The translations under genes were made by a program, and so were the position numbers. From Bryobacteraceae bacterium (lineage in GTDB: Bacteria > Acidobacteriota > Terriglobia > Bryobacterales > Bryobacteraceae): 24,361 nt of DNA. Location: assembly GCA_035708545.1 (NCBI GenBank), contig DASSSG010000213.1:1-24361 (forward strand). Reading direction: 5' to 3'. How positions within the stretch are numbered: the first letter of the stretch is position 1; every line of letters begins with the position of its first letter. Positions 1 to 7,263 of the stretch are shown piece by piece. The notes below the pieces were generated by a model. The model was not told the origin of the DNA. It saw only the letters and a list, made by a program, of their open reading frames with translations, and ran no database searches.

Positions 1-2
1 AC

Positions 3-1187
3 CGCGCGGCCAAAGGATTCACCGTCATCCAGGCGTACGTTTTGCGCGGGCTAATGATCCGCAATGTGTACGGCGACCCGACCGTGATCGATCGCGATCC
101 CACGCGGTTGAACGAACCGTTCTTCAGGAATGTCGATTGGATCGTCAGCCGCGCAAACGAACTCGGACTGACTATGGCAATGGTCGTGAGCTACGGCGAG
201 CACGTGAACGGAAAGCTGGAGAAGGTATTCGATCAATCGAACGCCTACACATACGGGAAACTGCTGGGCACCCGCTATAAGAACAATGCTGTGATCTGGC
301 TGCTCGGCGGAGACCGCAATCCGCAACAGGAGGCGGATGTCTGGTCGGCAATGGCGCGCGGGTTGAAGGACGGCAGCGGCAACACGCAACTGGTCTCCTA
401 TCACGGCCCGGGACCCCGCACGGACGCGCAGGGTCCCACCGGATACTCTTCGTCTTTTTGGTTTCACGAGAAGGATTGGCTGGACTTCAACATGATTCAG
501 TCGGGACATCGATGGGCCGTCAAGAACTACAACTTCATCCGCCACGACTACGAGATGAAGCCTCCGAAGCCCACCATCGACATGGAAGCTCGCTACGAAA
601 ACCATCCTGATGGTCCGAATCCCCGGCGCATGGACGCACACCAGGAACGCGAGGCGGCTTACTGGGCAATGCTCGCGGGCGCCGCCGGACACGGCTACGG
701 CTGCAACGACATATGGCAGTTCTACAACCCGGAGCGATTGCCTCCCCCCGACGATAATTCGTTTCCCTTCGAACGCCTTCGGGGCACCACACATTGGAAG
801 AAGGCGATGGACTTCGAGGGCGCTTTTTCCATGGGCGTGATGCGCAGGCTGTTTGAATCGCGCCCATGGTACAGACTCGTTCCGGACCAGTCCATCATTA
901 CTTCGGGACAGGGTGAAGACGAGGATCACGTTCAGGCGGCGCGGGCCGCCGACGGTAGTTTCCTGCTCGCTTACCTGACCTTCGGAAATCCGGTCACGGT
1001 TGATTTGACGAAGCTCAGCGGCCGCTCGCTCCGGGCGCACTGGTTCGATCCGCGAACCGGTTCTTTGCAGTCGATCGGCCAGTTTGCAAACGCCGGCTCC
1101 AGGCAATTTAAACCGCCTACCCAGGGACCAGCTGCCGACTGGGTTCTCGTAGTGGAGGATGCCGCGAAAAAGTTCGCGAAGCCGTAA
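3..1187 (+). CDS. DUF4038 / GH140 (apiosidase-like) glycoside hydrolase with C-terminal putative collagen-binding-type domain; 5'-truncated by the window edge
   Basis: The frame is open from base 3 (RAAKGFTVIQAYVLRG...), so the TTG at 42 is not the real start. Family-typical motifs: R..KGFTVIQ, IWLLGGDRNP, WLDFNMIQSGH, KPTIDMEARYE, AYWAMLAGAAGHGYG, and C-terminal WFDPRTG...DWVLV. Stop TAA at 1185-1187. Confidence 0.8.
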   Translation, partial: RAAKGFTVIQAYVLRGLMIRNVYGDPTVIDRDPTRLNEPFFRNVDWIVSRANELGLTMAMVVSYGEHVNGKLEKVFDQSNAYTYGKLLGTRYKNNAVIWLLGGDRNPQQEADVWSAMARGLKDGSGNTQLVSYHGPGPRTDAQGPTGYSSSFWFHEKDWLDFNMIQSGHRWAVKNYNFIRHDYEMKPPKPTIDMEARYENHPDGPNPRRMDAHQEREAAYWAMLAGAAGHGYGCNDIWQFYNPERLPPPDDNSFPFERLRGTTHWKKAMDFEGAFSMGVMRRLFESRPWYRLVPDQSIITSGQGEDEDHVQAARAADGSFLLAYLTFGNPVTVDLTKLSGRSLRAHWFDPRTGSLQSIGQFANAGSRQFKPPTQGPAADWVLVVEDAAKKFAKP

Positions 1188-1327
1188 GCGGACAGCCAAC
1201 CCAACTCTTTGCGCGGCGGTAGGCAAACGGTCTTCGCTGGTCACTTGGCGGAAACCGGACTCGAAGTGGCTTGGCCGCAGAACCCCGTCTGGTAGCTCAT
1301 CTCGGACAGCGATAGTGATCATCGATC

Positions 1328-1369
1328 GGCAGGAATGTCCGCTCGGGCATCGTGGCTGGAATGTCCGCT
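1328..1369. repeat. Imperfect 16-bp direct repeat GGC(A/T)GGAATGTCCGCT, 26-bp period
   Basis: Copies at 1328-1343 and 1354-1369 differ at one base. The core TGTCCGCT also occurs inverted (AGCGGACA) at 1187-1194. Confidence 0.6.
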
Positions 1370-1884
1370 GAAGCTGCGCATTAAACAACTGCTAATGGTC
1401 TTGCAACGGTGTTCGTGAAAAGCCGGGATGCTCCGGGAAACAGAGCATGACACAAAAATCAATCAGGCGGGCTTTCGGGATATGTCGGGAAAGCCTGTCA
1501 AGTACCTTGAGAACGAAACGGAGCACGTCGTCATTTTCAGCGCGAAGACAGGGCCATAACCCAGTGGTAGAAATGCCAGCTTCTCAGGCTGGCTCCGAGT
1601 CCGTCCCTCCCGGCCAATATCCTTCTTCTCCTTTATCGATATCTTCCGAACGGCGAATCGTACTTGGTGTCCACGTTTGGCGAAAAATGCACACGATGCC
1701 ATGCCATAGTGGGCTCCGCTCCAAGACCCCACCGGGAGGGCAACTCGCCCTGGCGGCAGGCAAGCAGCAGATTATAGCTAAGATCAATCTGTGCTCCGGG
1801 GTGGGAACTATTTCCGCGCGGACACGTGTGCCTGGCAGTTCCTCAACGTCAACCGCTTCGTGTATCGTATAGAAACCGGTCAGG

Positions 1885-2679
1885 GTGGTGCTGGATACCG
1901 CCCTGATCTACGCAATGTGGCAGCACGCACCGTTCGCGAATCTCTGTGTGGGAGACACGGAGGTGCATCTGTGGCTGGTGCCGCTGGCCACTTCATCGGA
2001 AACCCTCGCCCTCGCGAGCGCGTTGTTATCGCTCGAGGAGACGGCTCGCGCGCGGCGGTTCCACCTCGAGAAGGACCGGGCCGCGTGTATTGCCAGCCGC
2101 GCCGTTCTGCGCACGCTGATCGCCCAATACACCGGGATGCCTCCACGTGCAATCGTCTTTGAATACGCGTCGACCGGGAAACCACGACTCGCCGGCGGCC
2201 ACGATCTGCACTTCAATGTCGCCCATTCCGGCGCTCTGGCCCTGTACGGATTTGCGCGTCACTACGAACTGGGAGTCGATATCGAATACGTGCGTGAAAC
2301 GCCCGACCTGGCGGCGATAGCGGACCGGTTTCTCAATGCCGGCGAACGCGGTGATCTCGCAAGCATCTCCGGTCCAGCCAAAACACGGGCATTCTATGAT
2401 TGCTGGACGCGGAAGGAAGCCCTGCTGAAGGCGACCGGGGCCGGCATCTCCGCCGGGCTCGACACCTTTCGTGTCTCCCTTCTGCCGTTTGAGCCGGCGC
2501 GGGTGCTCGCCGGAGACGGCGAATTCGCGCCGGACAGGTGGTCGCTGGTTGATGCGGTGCTCGGCGGCAATTACCGAGGTGCGCTGGCCATTCGCGGATC
2601 GGGATGGCATGTGCGGGCGTGCGCCTGTCGTGACGCGGCGCTCTGCTTGACGCGGGGTATCGCTGAGGATGAGCAGTGA
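1885..2679 (+). CDS. Sfp-type 4'-phosphopantetheinyl transferase
   Basis: Motifs VHLW, R..L..Y, GKP, HFNVAHSG, GVDIE and WTRKEALLKATGAG. The start could be GTG 1885 or ATG 1915. The stop overlaps the next start (GTGA). Confidence 0.93.
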   Translation: MVLDTALIYAMWQHAPFANLCVGDTEVHLWLVPLATSSETLALASALLSLEETARARRFHLEKDRAACIASRAVLRTLIAQYTGMPPRAIVFEYASTGKPRLAGGHDLHFNVAHSGALALYGFARHYELGVDIEYVRETPDLAAIADRFLNAGERGDLASISGPAKTRAFYDCWTRKEALLKATGAGISAGLDTFRVSLLPFEPARVLAGDGEFAPDRWSLVDAVLGGNYRGALAIRGSGWHVRACACRDAALCLTRGIAEDEQ

Positions 2680-4241
2680 AGGACCGCAACCGTCGCTGCG
2701 TGTCCGCGTACCACGAAACGGCAGTCCAGATTGGGGAGACTATCCTCGACTCCGGAGGAAACGCGTTCGACGCATTCGTCGCCTCAACCGCCGCGACTTA
2801 CGTCCTCGGAGAAGGTACTACGAGTCTGGCAGGCTGCTTGGGAGCGCTCACGTACAATGCGCGTACGCGGACGGTGGAGTATCTGGACGCGGATTTCAAT
2901 GAACCCAAAACCCGAAAACGCTGGTGGCGCCGAAGCTCGCCGCCGGGCAACACCGTTCCCGTTCCCGGAGCGGTCGCGGGCCTCGAAGCGCTTTCGAGGA
3001 AGTACGGGCGGTTCAGCTTCGCCGACGCGCTCGCTCCCGCAATCGCGCTGGCGCGCACCGGGTTTCACATCACCAAGTATTACGCTTCAGTGATCAGCGC
3101 GCGCTCACCAGTGCTCCAGCGTAGTGAATACGGCCGCCGGACGTTCTTTCCGGAGGAACGTCCGCTGCGCGAGGGCGATGTCCTCCGCCAGCCCGACGTC
3201 GCTGACTTTCTGACTAATATTGCGCGCTACGGCGCGGAGTACATGTACAACGGCCCGTGGGGCCGGCAGTTCGTCGAAACAGTTCGGGAGCGCGGCGGAT
3301 TGATAAAAAACGATGATCTGGCCGCATACACCGTCGAATGGCGGCAGCCGTGGACGATATCGTACCGGGAGCACGAGGTGTATGCCTGCTCCGGCTTCAC
3401 CTTCGGGGGCCTCTGGACGCTCGTGGCGCTAAAGACGCTGGAGAATATAGCTCCCCCATTTCCGGAGCACTTCTCAACTGCGCCCCAGATGCTGGAAGTC
3501 CTGCTCCGGCTTGCTCGCCAGGTTGATTCGGAAGCGTGGCTGTTCAACTACAAACAGCTCGCGAACCGCGAATACGTTCAATCGCGCCTTGCTCCTGAGT
3601 ACGTCGCCAACATCTGGAGCAGGGTGCAGGCAAGCGGATGCGGAAATTCCACCCGGTCGGGAACCGCGCACAGCTACCACGTCATCGCCATCGACCACGA
3701 AGGGAACGCGGTTACCGGGACAAACACGATCGAATCGGCTCCGTGGGCTGATGGGATCTTCGTGCAGGGCATCCCACTGTCGAATGCGCTGAAAATCCCG
3801 TACGGGACCCGTCCGGGAAAGCGGCGGCTCAATCTGCTGTCAATGCACCTGGTCCTGCGTGACGGCGCATTGCGTTTCGCTATCGGCGCATTCGCGAGTT
3901 CGTTGATCGAAGCGTCTCTCCAGTTCCTCGTAAACCTGATCGATTATCGGCTCAGCCCGGCAGAAGCTGCTCGTCTTCCACGCTTCGGCACCATTCCATT
4001 TGAACTGAACTCCGACGGCGACATCGTCTGGTGCGACACGTCGCGGAACTGGCTCGACAAGCGAGTGAACCCCGAGGTCGTGACCACGCTCGAGAGCCGC
4101 GGTCTGTTATTTCACCAGGAGCATATCGATACGGGACTGGGCAACATCGTCGTGGTCAACGAGGATGGCACCTTGCAGTCCGCGACCACTCCCGTTCAGC
4201 AGTCCGAACCCACACGCGCCAACGTGTCGGAGAACTATTGA
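2676..4241 (+). CDS. Gamma-glutamyltransferase-fold Ntn-hydrolase, atypical (Ser nucleophile, gamma-Glu pocket residues replaced), no signal peptide
   Basis: GGT-family motifs GGNAFDAFVA, VPVPGAVAGLEAL..KYG, LAPAIALARTGF, DLAAY, H..AID.EGNAV..T.TIE, PGKR and PRF. The current stop TGA (4239-4241) lies inside the IS end. Confidence 0.85.
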   Translation: MKDRNRRCVSAYHETAVQIGETILDSGGNAFDAFVASTAATYVLGEGTTSLAGCLGALTYNARTRTVEYLDADFNEPKTRKRWWRRSSPPGNTVPVPGAVAGLEALSRKYGRFSFADALAPAIALARTGFHITKYYASVISARSPVLQRSEYGRRTFFPEERPLREGDVLRQPDVADFLTNIARYGAEYMYNGPWGRQFVETVRERGGLIKNDDLAAYTVEWRQPWTISYREHEVYACSGFTFGGLWTLVALKTLENIAPPFPEHFSTAPQMLEVLLRLARQVDSEAWLFNYKQLANREYVQSRLAPEYVANIWSRVQASGCGNSTRSGTAHSYHVIAIDHEGNAVTGTNTIESAPWADGIFVQGIPLSNALKIPYGTRPGKRRLNLLSMHLVLRDGALRFAIGAFASSLIEASLQFLVNLIDYRLSPAEAARLPRFGTIPFELNSDGDIVWCDTSRNWLDKRVNPEVVTTLESRGLLFHQEHIDTGLGNIVVVNEDGTLQSATTPVQQSEPTRANVSENY

Positions 4242-4262
4242 TCTTCGTAAAATAGGGTGACA
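4238..4262 (+). repeat. IS630 left terminal inverted repeat (25 bp)
   Basis: TTGATCTTCGTAAAATAGGGTGACA versus the reverse complement of the right end, TTGAGGTTCGGATAATACAGTGACA: 19/25 identical by manual alignment. Confidence 0.88.
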
Positions 4263-4292
4263 GATTGGACAGTGCTGTGCGAATATGTGGGT

Positions 4293-4811
4293 ATGAGCCC
4301 CCGCGCGGCGCAGAAGAGGGATTTCGATAAATTAGAGCGGCGGCGGATGGCCGCGGCTAGGTTGCTCAACCGAGGAATCAGCCAGGCAGAAGTCGCGAGG
4401 CGAGTGAAAGTAAGTCGCGAAAGCGTTCGCCGTTGGTCGAATCAGATCCGTCAGCATGGTTCCGCCGCGGCCTTGAAGAAGGCCGGCCGAGCAGGCCGAA
4501 AGCCGGGGTTAACCGCGGCCGACTTGCGGAAACTCGAAGCAATCCTGCGCGCGGGACCGGAGAAAACCGGATTCACCAACGGACTGTGGACGCTCGATCG
4601 CATCGGCGAGGTCATCCGGAACGAGTTTCGGATCGATTATCACGCCGGCCATGTTTGGTGGATCCTGCGCCGGAAGCTCGGCTGGAGTTGTCAGCGGCCG
4701 GTCGGGCGAGCTCGCGAGCGAAACGAGGCAGCGATCCGCCAGTGGAAGGAAGAAACCTGGCCCGCGCTTAAAAAAAAGCCCGGAAAGAGGGCCGGATCAT
4801 CGTCTTCGTAG
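4293..4811 (+). CDS. IS630 transposase OrfA (N-terminal HTH / winged-helix part)
   Basis: HTH SQAEVARRVKVSRESVRRW, GRKP, GLWTLDRIGEVI, WILRRKLGWSCQRP..RARERNE and W.EETWPALKKK. ATG 4293 is preferred because GTG 4257 lies inside the TIR. Confidence 0.88.
   Translation: MSPRAAQKRDFDKLERRRMAAARLLNRGISQAEVARRVKVSRESVRRWSNQIRQHGSAAALKKAGRAGRKPGLTAADLRKLEAILRAGPEKTGFTNGLWTLDRIGEVIRNEFRIDYHAGHVWWILRRKLGWSCQRPVGRARERNEAAIRQWKEETWPALKKKPGKRAGSSSS
4769..4778 (+). promoter_or_regulatory. Programmed frameshift / slippage site T-A8-G
   Basis: An A run at 4770-4777 lies at the OrfA/OrfB junction. A -1 shift joins WPALKK to KARKEGRIIVFVDESG, the usual IS630 arrangement. Confidence 0.8.
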
Positions 4812-5308
4812 ACGAGAGCGGCGTCAGTCAGCGTCCGCATCGGGTGCGTACGTGGTCGAAACGGGGCGTGACGCCGATTCTGCAGCACCAGTTCAATTGG
4901 GACAATCTGTCGGTTGCCGCCGGAATCACGCTGTGGCAGTTCTACTTCCGGATGTACGACGGAACCATGGGCAAGGAGGACGTCCTCGATTTCGTCCGCC
5001 ATCTCAACAAACAGATCACGCAGCCCATTCTGCTGATCTGGGATCGTCTTCCCGGACACCGCAGCCGACTGGTCCAGGACTATCTCGCCAGCTTGCACGG
5101 CAAGATCGAGGCGTTCTATCTGCCCGCTTACGCTCCTGAGTTGCATCCGGCCGAGTACATCTGGGCCCACCTGAAACAGCATGAACTGGCTAACTTCTGT
5201 CCACGCGACCTCTGGAGCCTGTCAGCTGAAGCGCGCTCGGCACTCACCTCCATGCAGCGTCGTCACACGATTGTTACCGCCTGCTGGAAACAGGCTTCTT
5301 TGTTCTAA
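4775..5308 (+). CDS. IS630 transposase OrfB (DDE catalytic domain), reached by -1 frameshift; fused product about 338 aa
   Basis: The -1 frame reads KARKEGRIIVFVDESG...RTWSKRGVTP, then LIWDRLPGH and YAPELHPAEYIWAHLK. These supply D, D and E. The first Asp lies upstream of the ORF-track start at 4844. Confidence 0.88.
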   Translation, partial: KARKEGRIIVFVDESGVSQRPHRVRTWSKRGVTPILQHQFNWDNLSVAAGITLWQFYFRMYDGTMGKEDVLDFVRHLNKQITQPILLIWDRLPGHRSRLVQDYLASLHGKIEAFYLPAYAPELHPAEYIWAHLKQHELANFCPRDLWSLSAEARSALTSMQRRHTIVTACWKQASLF

Positions 5309-5310
5309 CT

Positions 5311-5335
5311 TGTCACTGTATTATCCGAACCTCAA
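5311..5335 (-). repeat. IS630 right terminal inverted repeat (25 bp)
   Basis: TGTCACTGTATTATCCGAACCTCAA, complementary to the left end at 19/25 positions and followed by TA. Confidence 0.88.
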
Positions 5336-7230
5336 TAGATTTTACCGGCGCAATCGCGGGGAATCGCCAGACTGAGGTACTGGTCTCCGTCACGGGCCAT
5401 GATCCTGAGCTGCACCATGCGATCAAGCCAGGTCCTGAGTTCCGCGCCGCCAGGACCGTTGCGCTCGCAGGCGTCGCTATTCAGTGTTTCAATCGAAACG
5501 AATGCAGGATTTTCGTGACCGTTGCGCAGCATCCGCTCGATCGCGACCACCGGGCGCGTCTGGTCGCAGAACTCGTAGACTCGCTTCTCCCAGCCTTGCA
5601 ACTGTGTAGACCGCTGGACCGGATCAGGGCGCATATCGCGGATCATCAGGAGATCCTCGCTCAGCGCATCTGACACCAGGGACGCGCCGCCAGCGTGGGC
5701 CTCGCGCCAGGCGGCAACCCGGTTTTCGATCGGACCTATATAGGCAGACGTGTCCACAGTGTCGGCGTAGTCGTAATCGAAGAAATAAGCGATGTCGGAC
5801 AAATCCGACTCGGGCAGGGGATACAGATATTTGTAGATTTCCATGGGGCGGACTTTCACCATCCCCAGCGAGGCGGGATCCTGAAAGTACGGACTGAAGC
5901 GGTCCAGGCGGATCCTGCCGGTGCCCTCCGGCGGCGGCAGGTGCGCCAGGCACTCCAGCAGCGGCATCATCTCTTCGTAATCGCGAGCGCTTTCGCCGGG
6001 AAACCCGTACAGGAAATTCCAGGTCGGCCGCACGCCGAATTGCCGGCACCACTTGAGCAGCTGCACGTTTTGCAGGGGCGAAACGCCTTTACGCATCAGG
6101 TTGAGAATGTGTTGATGGAGACTCTCGATGCCGGGCTGAATCCATGTGATGCCGGCATCCGCGAGCAGACGGACCTGTTCCTTTGTCAGATTCGCCTTCA
6201 CCTCATAGAAGAAGGTCAGATCCAGCTTTCGGCGCTTCAGCTCGGGCAGAAGATCGCGGAAGTACTGCATGTCAATGATGTTGTCTACTGTCGCGATCTC
6301 ATGCAGCGGGTAATGCGAAACCAGATGATCGAGTTCGGCCAGTACCCGGTCCTTGCTCTTCGCACGATAATGCATCGTCTCCCGGTTCAGGCCGCAAAAT
6401 GTGCAGTGATGTTTGGCGCCCCACCAGCAGCCGCGCGAGGTTTCCATCTGGAGCTTGAGCGGAATTTCCCAGGGAATCGAGCTGTGCTCAAGCTGCAGGA
6501 AGTAATCATGGAATTCCGGAAAGGACAGCGCATCCAGATCCTCGACGGCCCGCGGTGGTGCCGCGAAGACGCTGCCGTTTCCGTTACGGTAAATCAACCC
6601 GGGAATATCGTCCACCGGCCGGCGATGAAGGATGCGGTCCACAAACTCCGGAAAACTTTGGTCCGACTCGCCGGAGAACACGTAGTCCAGAAACGGGAAG
6701 CAGCGGTGCAGTCCGAGGCCCATGCGGTCCTCGCAATTGGCTCCGCCCATGACGGTTGTCTTGGCCGGGTACCACTGTTTCACCGCGCAGGCCAGAGCGA
6801 GCGACGGCAGATTCTGCTCGAACGTGGACGTGAAGCCCACGATTGAATACCGATCCCATGCCGTGGACGCGAGGCAGTAGTCCAGGAACGGTTCCACGAA
6901 CCGCCGCAGCCACACCACGGAATTCAGAACCTCCGGCTCGACAAACCGCTCGCCGCGCAGATAGCGAATGTAGGCGTTGCCGTCCGGTATCTGACCGCGA
7001 AACATATGGTCAGCGAATACCCATTCGCCGATGAAAAGGGTGTGGCTCATATATTCGCTGACCCATTCGTAATACGGCGCGCCGACCCAGTCCGCGAACT
7101 CGATATTGAAGTTCCGGATGTCGCATGGGATTCCGCGCCGGCGTACCGCGGACTGCAGGTTGCCGATTCCGATCGGAGGGCGATCCACGCCGGCGAACGG
7201 CATGTTGATCAGCAGGACGCCACCACTCAT
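5332..7230 (-). CDS. Cobalamin-dependent (class B) radical SAM enzyme, RiPP-maturation type (TIGR03975 / PoyB-PoyC-like), probable C-methyltransferase
   Basis: N-terminal B12-binding region (MPFA..RPPIGIG; VGFTSTFEQN...VMGGANC). ETSRGCWWGAKHHCTFCGLN gives CX7CX2C (Cys codons 6427-29, 6403-05, 6394-96). Also DNIIDM, FYEVKANL, IQPGIESL, WNFLYGFPGE, RLDRFSPYF and C-terminal YLSLA. RBS GGAGGT lies 6 nt before the ATG. The stop lies in the IS right end. Confidence 0.92.
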   Translation of the reverse strand: MSGGVLLINMPFAGVDRPPIGIGNLQSAVRRRGIPCDIRNFNIEFADWVGAPYYEWVSEYMSHTLFIGEWVFADHMFRGQIPDGNAYIRYLRGERFVEPEVLNSVVWLRRFVEPFLDYCLASTAWDRYSIVGFTSTFEQNLPSLALACAVKQWYPAKTTVMGGANCEDRMGLGLHRCFPFLDYVFSGESDQSFPEFVDRILHRRPVDDIPGLIYRNGNGSVFAAPPRAVEDLDALSFPEFHDYFLQLEHSSIPWEIPLKLQMETSRGCWWGAKHHCTFCGLNRETMHYRAKSKDRVLAELDHLVSHYPLHEIATVDNIIDMQYFRDLLPELKRRKLDLTFFYEVKANLTKEQVRLLADAGITWIQPGIESLHQHILNLMRKGVSPLQNVQLLKWCRQFGVRPTWNFLYGFPGESARDYEEMMPLLECLAHLPPPEGTGRIRLDRFSPYFQDPASLGMVKVRPMEIYKYLYPLPESDLSDIAYFFDYDYADTVDTSAYIGPIENRVAAWREAHAGGASLVSDALSEDLLMIRDMRPDPVQRSTQLQGWEKRVYEFCDQTRPVVAIERMLRNGHENPAFVSIETLNSDACERNGPGGAELRTWLDRMVQLRIMARDGDQYLSLAIPRDCAGKIY

Positions 7231-7263
7231 GACACAACCTCCAAAACTGCAGGTCGGAGCCGC

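Larger units (their letters stand above)
4238..5335 (+). mobile_element. IS630-family insertion sequence (1098 bp) with TA target duplication at 4236-4237 and 5336-5337
   Basis: Two-ORF DDE transposase between imperfect terminal inverted repeats. TA flanks both ends, and the reconstructed empty site is CTAG, the classic IS630 target. Confidence 0.93.

Noticed and set aside
42-44. TTG start offered for the first ORF
   Set aside because: The frame is open to the window edge and the conserved KGFTVIQ motif lies upstream, so the gene is truncated.
51-1388. 445-aa minus-strand ORF
   Set aside because: Antisense shadow of the GH140-like gene; no motifs; expected in GC-rich DNA.
1470-1495. Hairpin GGCTTTC-N12-GAAAGCC
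   Set aside because: Only a 7-bp stem with a long loop and no U-tract, about 280 bp from the nearest stop; insufficient for a terminator call.
1447-1872. Short ORFs in the intergenic gap (1447-1872 +, 1463-1732 -, 1584-1787 -, 1159-1371 +)
   Set aside because: They overlap one another, show low-complexity S/R/P-rich composition, and have no recognisable motif or convincing RBS.
1188-1884. Possible cobalamin riboswitch or sigma-70 promoter, given the B12 enzyme nearby
   Set aside because: I could not find the conserved B12-box elements or a well-spaced -35/-10 pair by eye; an Rfam scan would settle it.
2676-4241. Assigning gene symbol ggt
   Set aside because: The nucleophile and gamma-glutamyl-binding residues are substituted, so canonical function is unsupported.
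4257-4292. GTG 4257 as transposase start
   Set aside because: It lies inside the left TIR; ATG 4293 gives a typical IS630 length.
4257-5308. Transposase as a frameshifted pseudogene
   Set aside because: The break falls on the A-run at the family-typical WPALKK/KAR position, with intact DDE and TIRs, which fits programmed recoding.
5695-6846. 383-aa plus-strand ORF
   Set aside because: Antisense shadow of the radical SAM gene.
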